From Azolla caroliniana (Eukaryota > Plantae > Polypodiophyta), in contig JBHGNT010000015.1 of NCBI GenBank assembly GCA_043228905.1, positions 13,578,001 to 13,642,000 of the forward strand: 64,000 nucleotides of DNA, in the 5' to 3' direction. A program made the translations under genes and the position numbers. Of this stretch, positions 59,437-64,000 are shown piece after piece. Every line of letters begins with the position of its first letter. Within the stretch, counting starts at the first letter, position 1. The notes beneath the pieces were generated by a model. That model was given only the letters and a program-made list of their open reading frames with translations. It had not been told where the DNA came from and did no database searches.

Positions 59437-60600
59437 CTACTTTACAATGTCGTGGCCGAGCCTGAGCTCGAGGTCTACTAATTTACTAGGCGGATTGGCA
59501 CCCGGACACTCGAATTTGTAGTTCATGTCCATCCCTAATCCGTGGTCTAATTTGAAGGGCTTCTTGGTGAGTCTCGGGCTATGGCTTCTTAAGATTTGGA
59601 GATCAATGGAGTCATGGGTAGTCTTAGTAGTAGCAGTAGTAGAAGTAGTAGAAGTAATAGTAGTAGTAGTAGGAGGAGTGATGATCAAAGGGTGATTGAA
59701 TGATGTTCTGCTTGGCCGTGGGTGATTGTGGTTAGAAATCTTGGCAGGGAGATCGCGGATATGCTCGGTCGAATCCGAGGCCCTCGATGGCATTAGGTAT
59801 TTGGTGGGCAATGGTTTAGCGGAGAAGAAGAAATCCGGGGAGAAAATGGTTGTTCCCTTGGACGGGTGTGGAGTCGGAGGGGTGGTCGTGGTAGTGGTCA
59901 TTACGGACAAAGCATCGGGTGGCGGTGAGATGATAGAAGAATTGGGCGGGGGTGGCGAGGAGGATTGGCGGAGGCGAGCTCGGTCACGGCGGTGCACATT
60001 CATGTGTCCGCCGAGGGCTTGGGCAGATCGGAACTCGCGCCGGCAGAAGGTACAATGGTAGGAGCGCGGCGGCCACACGCCCGTGGCTAGGCCGGCCGCC
60101 GCATCCTCATCATTATCATCATTGGCCAGCATCCGCGCCCGCCCCATGTCCGCGCCCACGCTCCCCCATGTCTGGGACACGCCCAAATTTTGAATGGCAT
60201 TCGACAAAGTGTTAGAATTGTGGGAATGATGTCCCGGAACCGCCGCCGCGCCTTGGTGATTCTGTTGTCGCTTGTTGTGATCATAACTGTAAACTTGAGG
60301 GTTTCTATTCATAGAGAAGAGATTGGTGATCGAGTTGTTGCGGATCGGTGGCATCGTCGTAATTGTGGTTAACGAGGAAGCGGTCGGTTGTTGTTGTTGC
60401 TTTCGGCCACGCCCGGCCATTGTCATCGCCAGTAGTTGGTGGTGCTGCCCACATAAGGGCACATTCACACCAGCAGCCCCATTGTCATCATCATCATCAT
60501 CATCGCCACCATCATCATTATGAAAAGGGCTACTAGTTGTGGTGGTAGTGGTCATGCCATGAACTGCCATGTAGTTATAATAAGGCTTGTTGGCCGCCAT
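59437..60600 (-). CDS. SUPERMAN/ZFP10-11-like single C2H2 zinc-finger transcriptional repressor (QALGGH, C-terminal EAR motif), intronless, 387 aa
   Basis: [37 protein letters not shown] and terminal DLELRLG. Low-complexity D/Q/T/P tracts. Confidence 0.95.
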   Translation of the reverse strand: MAANKPYYNYMAVHGMTTTTTTSSPFHNDDGGDDDDDDDNGAAGVNVPLCGQHHQLLAMTMAGRGRKQQQQPTASSLTTITTMPPIRNNSITNLFSMNRNPQVYSYDHNKRQQNHQGAAAVPGHHSHNSNTLSNAIQNLGVSQTWGSVGADMGRARMLANDDNDEDAAAGLATGVWPPRSYHCTFCRREFRSAQALGGHMNVHRRDRARLRQSSSPPPPNSSIISPPPDALSVMTTTTTTPPTPHPSKGTTIFSPDFFFSAKPLPTKYLMPSRASDSTEHIRDLPAKISNHNHPRPSRTSFNHPLIITPPTTTTITSTTSTTATTKTTHDSIDLQILRSHSPRLTKKPFKLDHGLGMDMNYKFECPGANPPSKLVDLELRLGHDIVK

Positions 60601-61069
60601 ACGAAGTGGTCAGGGGTGTGGTGCGGATGGCTCGGCACCGGATCGGCCTCTCAATTGCGCTTCATCTATCTATTTCTGCTATCATTTTAGGGGGCAATGA
60701 CACATTCCCGAGCCGAGCTTCAAGTTATTTCGCTTCCTAGTCTCCGGTGGCCCTTACTCCTCCACATAGCTCGTCGTCCTTCGCACTCCTATAAATTTAA
60801 ATCCGGGCCGAGAACCTAAGCACCTTAGCTAGCTTCTGCTTCAATAATAAACCGGTCAATCGATCGATCTCATCGAAATGGCTCACCCTCCCCCCTCCCC
60901 CCCCCCACACACACAAACACAAACACAAAACACATGCACAAGCACAAATTACAAGCACCTTAGCTAGCTTCTTCGAAATATATGAACTCGATGGGTCAAG
61001 AGAATTTAGGGTACACCCGAAAGCGTTGCTTCTAGCTTGTCGATCGATAGATCCACTGATCCATCAATA

Positions 61070-61125
61070 GATCGATCGATCTCTTTCTCTCTCTCTCTCT
61101 CACACACACACTCACACACACGCAA
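61070..61125. repeat. GATC repeats and (CT)n(CA)n microsatellite upstream of the zinc-finger gene (GA-rich on the coding strand; likely promoter/5' UTR)
   Basis: Repeats seen directly. The regulatory role is inferred from position. Confidence 0.5.
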
Positions 61126-63532
61126 ACACATGAAATGGGACTTCTATGATTGAACCATTTTGGTCTTAAAAGATGAATGAGTGAATTTGATGGGTTGGGT
61201 CCATTGCTAACATATTCAAGTCACTTTGATGATGAGGAAAGAGGGAATTATCCACCCTAGTCAATGACCCACTTATCTTCTTTATATCTACTCACTCTCA
61301 CTGGCCAACTATTAAATATCATAGCATTGTTTTTCCCTTCCTTACTTCTTCCTTTTTGGTTCCTCTTTTCACATCTTAATCAGTTACATAAAAACAAAAG
61401 CAAATATACACTTTCACACACACACACACACATACACATTGTGTCTCCCTCTCTTCTATTACGTTGAGAGCTAGTGAGCAATTATGTCATGTTTGTTGAG
61501 CTGGTAGGCATCGCCCATCATATTACATCTGATCTCATCAAGAACTATTCTAATTCATGTTTGTTATGGTTAGCATCGTATTACATTTCTCTCACTTGTC
61601 GGGGGTTCTTCTCATGCTTGGTCTCTCTTGTTCTCGCTCTCTCGTTCCGGGATTCTTTTCAAATTCTCCATCATCGCCTCGAGTTCTTACGCAATCTCAC
61701 ATTGTCTTCAAGACTCTCATTTATCTCATGGAGTTTTGATTCTCGCCCTTCTTTTCTTGATTTGTTTCATAACATCAGTCCAATTCATTTACCTCTATCA
61801 TGTCTTGCCTGACATGTATGTAGTCAACATCTTCATCGAGTAGTTGGATCCTCACTTACATTGTTAAAAATCTTATAATCTAGAGAGAGTACATAGTTCA
61901 ATCTTATCATAATATCTCACATTGGCTTCCCCTAGAAGGATTTCTTTTAATGTGAAGATTATTTTGTTCCATAATGCATACATTTACCTTAATGGCATTC
62001 CATTAGTTCTTTTTTGCATTTTGGGACGATGAGAAACAAGTAATAAGAAGTTTTAACCACATGGTCCCACATCTATAATACATTTTGTCTTTTTTAACAT
62101 CTAGAACACATTCTCTTTTAATAGATGCATACAACATTTAATAAAATGAGCCATATGGCTGCGACTAATTTGTGAGATCATCATGAGCTCTTGATTTGCT
62201 CATCACTAGTGAGAAATGGACCAATTTGTACTCCTATCATTGTTAAGTGTAGCATAGACTCTAATGTTGGAGAGGGAATATGAGATTTTGTTCAACCACT
62301 TGATGGTACACCTCTTTGAATGTTTGAGGCGCATACCACCTCTCATCTTGAGATTTTAAGCATGAAATCTAGTTTGATTAAATTCCACATTTTGGGATTT
62401 TAATGCATAATTATCTTGAATTTCATTTGGCATTTTCAAGGTCTTGACACTATATTTCAATAAATCTCACCAAATTTAGAAACCTATATCCTCTTACCTT
62501 GGTTAAAATATGCTTGGAATAAAGTAGCTTGTGGTGAATTTTCCCTTAATTACTTTGGGTAGAGTGATGTAAATTTTGTATATTGATTCCACAAGATTTG
62601 ATAACAAGGAAATAGTTTTTTGTTTTCTAGTATCTAACAAGGTTACAACTTACAAGTATGTTGTGGAAACTATTATGACCTTTGATGTCGAAAGGAAGAA
62701 CACACACATCAAATTAATTGGGCTAAATCCTCGAGAGGGATTATCCGAACTTTCGGGATTCACTCAAAAGTGACACACTCAAAGATAATTGTGACTTTTA
62801 ATCGTTCCCAAAACCGCTTTACTTAACCTTGGAGTTTGGAAGAAGTGTAGATATACCATCTAACTTTATAGAGTTTTGATTGCTCAATAGCTTCCCCCAA
62901 AAATGTATTCAAGCATAACTTTGGAATCTCTTTATCCTAGAATTGGATTTTTTTCAATAGCATTGAACATATATGAAATGTTAGATAATAATGAAGTTTG
63001 GGTTCCACTAATGATTCTTTCACCCATGCTCATTTTTCTATTTTTCCAGCGCTCAATTGTCTTCCTAAATGAGGAAATTTGATCTCAAGCCATGGTTCCT
63101 CGAAGACATTGTCACCTACATGTCAGGAAGTTATGGATGGCAATATAGAGGTGGATCCAAAGTAATATGACTTGGCTTCTTGCCAATAAAATCTTTGAGA
63201 CTACTCAATCTTTATTATGTATCAACAACCAATGTGAAGAATAGTGTTGATTCAAAAAAGGAAGAAAATAAAAGGGAAAATAGGATTTGTATTCACAAGT
63301 TACAATATTACAAGAGTTCGTTAAATATTGTTATTGAATCAGAGTGGTTTACACTTTTATATAAAATGGTATATCATTTTTATATAAAATAAGATATCAT
63401 ACTACTTGAGATTGGAAGTTATTAGGAGGGTTAGATGTTTGAATCCCTAAAAGGTTATGTTATTTATGCATGTGCTCATGACAATATCCTTCCCATCCTT
63501 TTGAGAATGAATTCCACGAGTTGCAAAAGCAA

Positions 63533-64000
63533 TGTTGAGCGGACAATCTCAACCGGATCCGGATCGGTTGAATAAGCCAAAGCTGAATCAGAGTCCCAAA
63601 CGAAGAACCGGATCGGTGTCCGGAACCAAGAGCCAGATCGAAGAGTCGGATCGGATTGGAACCGTTAGGCCGTTAGAGGCCTACGAATCTAGCCTAGTAC
63701 ATAGGCATATTTTTGGGAGTTAGTGTTAGTCGCTCGTATGAGCATTCAAGTACTTGTCAGTACTTTTGTCAATCCTTTAAGGACTTGTATAAAAAGTGTT
63801 CTGTAAGACATTTGTATGCACAGAGTGTCATTATTTGAATGGAGTTTTACTGTTCTCCTCTAACTCTGTCTCTCCCGTGTAAGGTTTCCATTAAACCTGT
63901 GTCTATATTCTTTAGCTATACGGATGAGCCGGTTTTGTCTTAGCTTCCGCAATCGTATTATTTTACATCGTATTAGAACGCGAGGGTTGAGAACCCCTCT
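63533..64000 (+). mobile_element. 5' LTR (63533-63967), decayed Met PBS and leader of a Copia related to C
   Basis: TGTTGAG...TTTTTACA, then TCGTATTAGAACGCGAGGGTTGAGAACC versus C's TGGTATCAGAGTGCAAGGGTTGAGAACC. Confidence 0.88.

Noticed and set aside
60788-60796. TATA box for the zinc-finger gene
   Set aside because: CTATAAAT lies on the plus strand, opposite to the gene.

Overview
Plant nuclear DNA, most likely a moss (inferred from the transposon lineages). About 1-54.8 kb is a deeply nested retrotransposon block. It contains: two non-chromovirus Ty3/Gypsy families with tRNA-Trp primer-binding sites (PBS) (Phygy-like, called A and B here); a Tcn1-like chromovirus; several Ty1/Copia elements (C, D, E1/E2, F, G, H); solo LTRs; and RTE-X/L2-like LINE pieces with tetranucleotide tails. 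Only Copia G (41625-47057) is intact and very young. About 54.8-63.5 kb is a TE-poor island carrying one intronless SUPERMAN-like QALGGH C2H2 zinc-finger gene with an EAR motif (59437-60600, minus). A new Copia LTR begins at 63533. Main observations: (1) three independent slippery-heptamer + stop + hairpin signals for -1 ribosomal frameshifting, two of them between protease and RT; (2) an apparent precise capsid-domain swap that created the intact Copia G; (3) an inversion between two inverted LTRs, supported by a split target-site duplication (TSD) and diagnostic SNPs; (4) a Copia with a second polypurine tract (PPT) and a ~180-aa charged Pol tail; (5) a tRNA-like A-box/B-box module in chromovirus LTRs. 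All alignments and base-pairings were done by eye, and no database searches were run.
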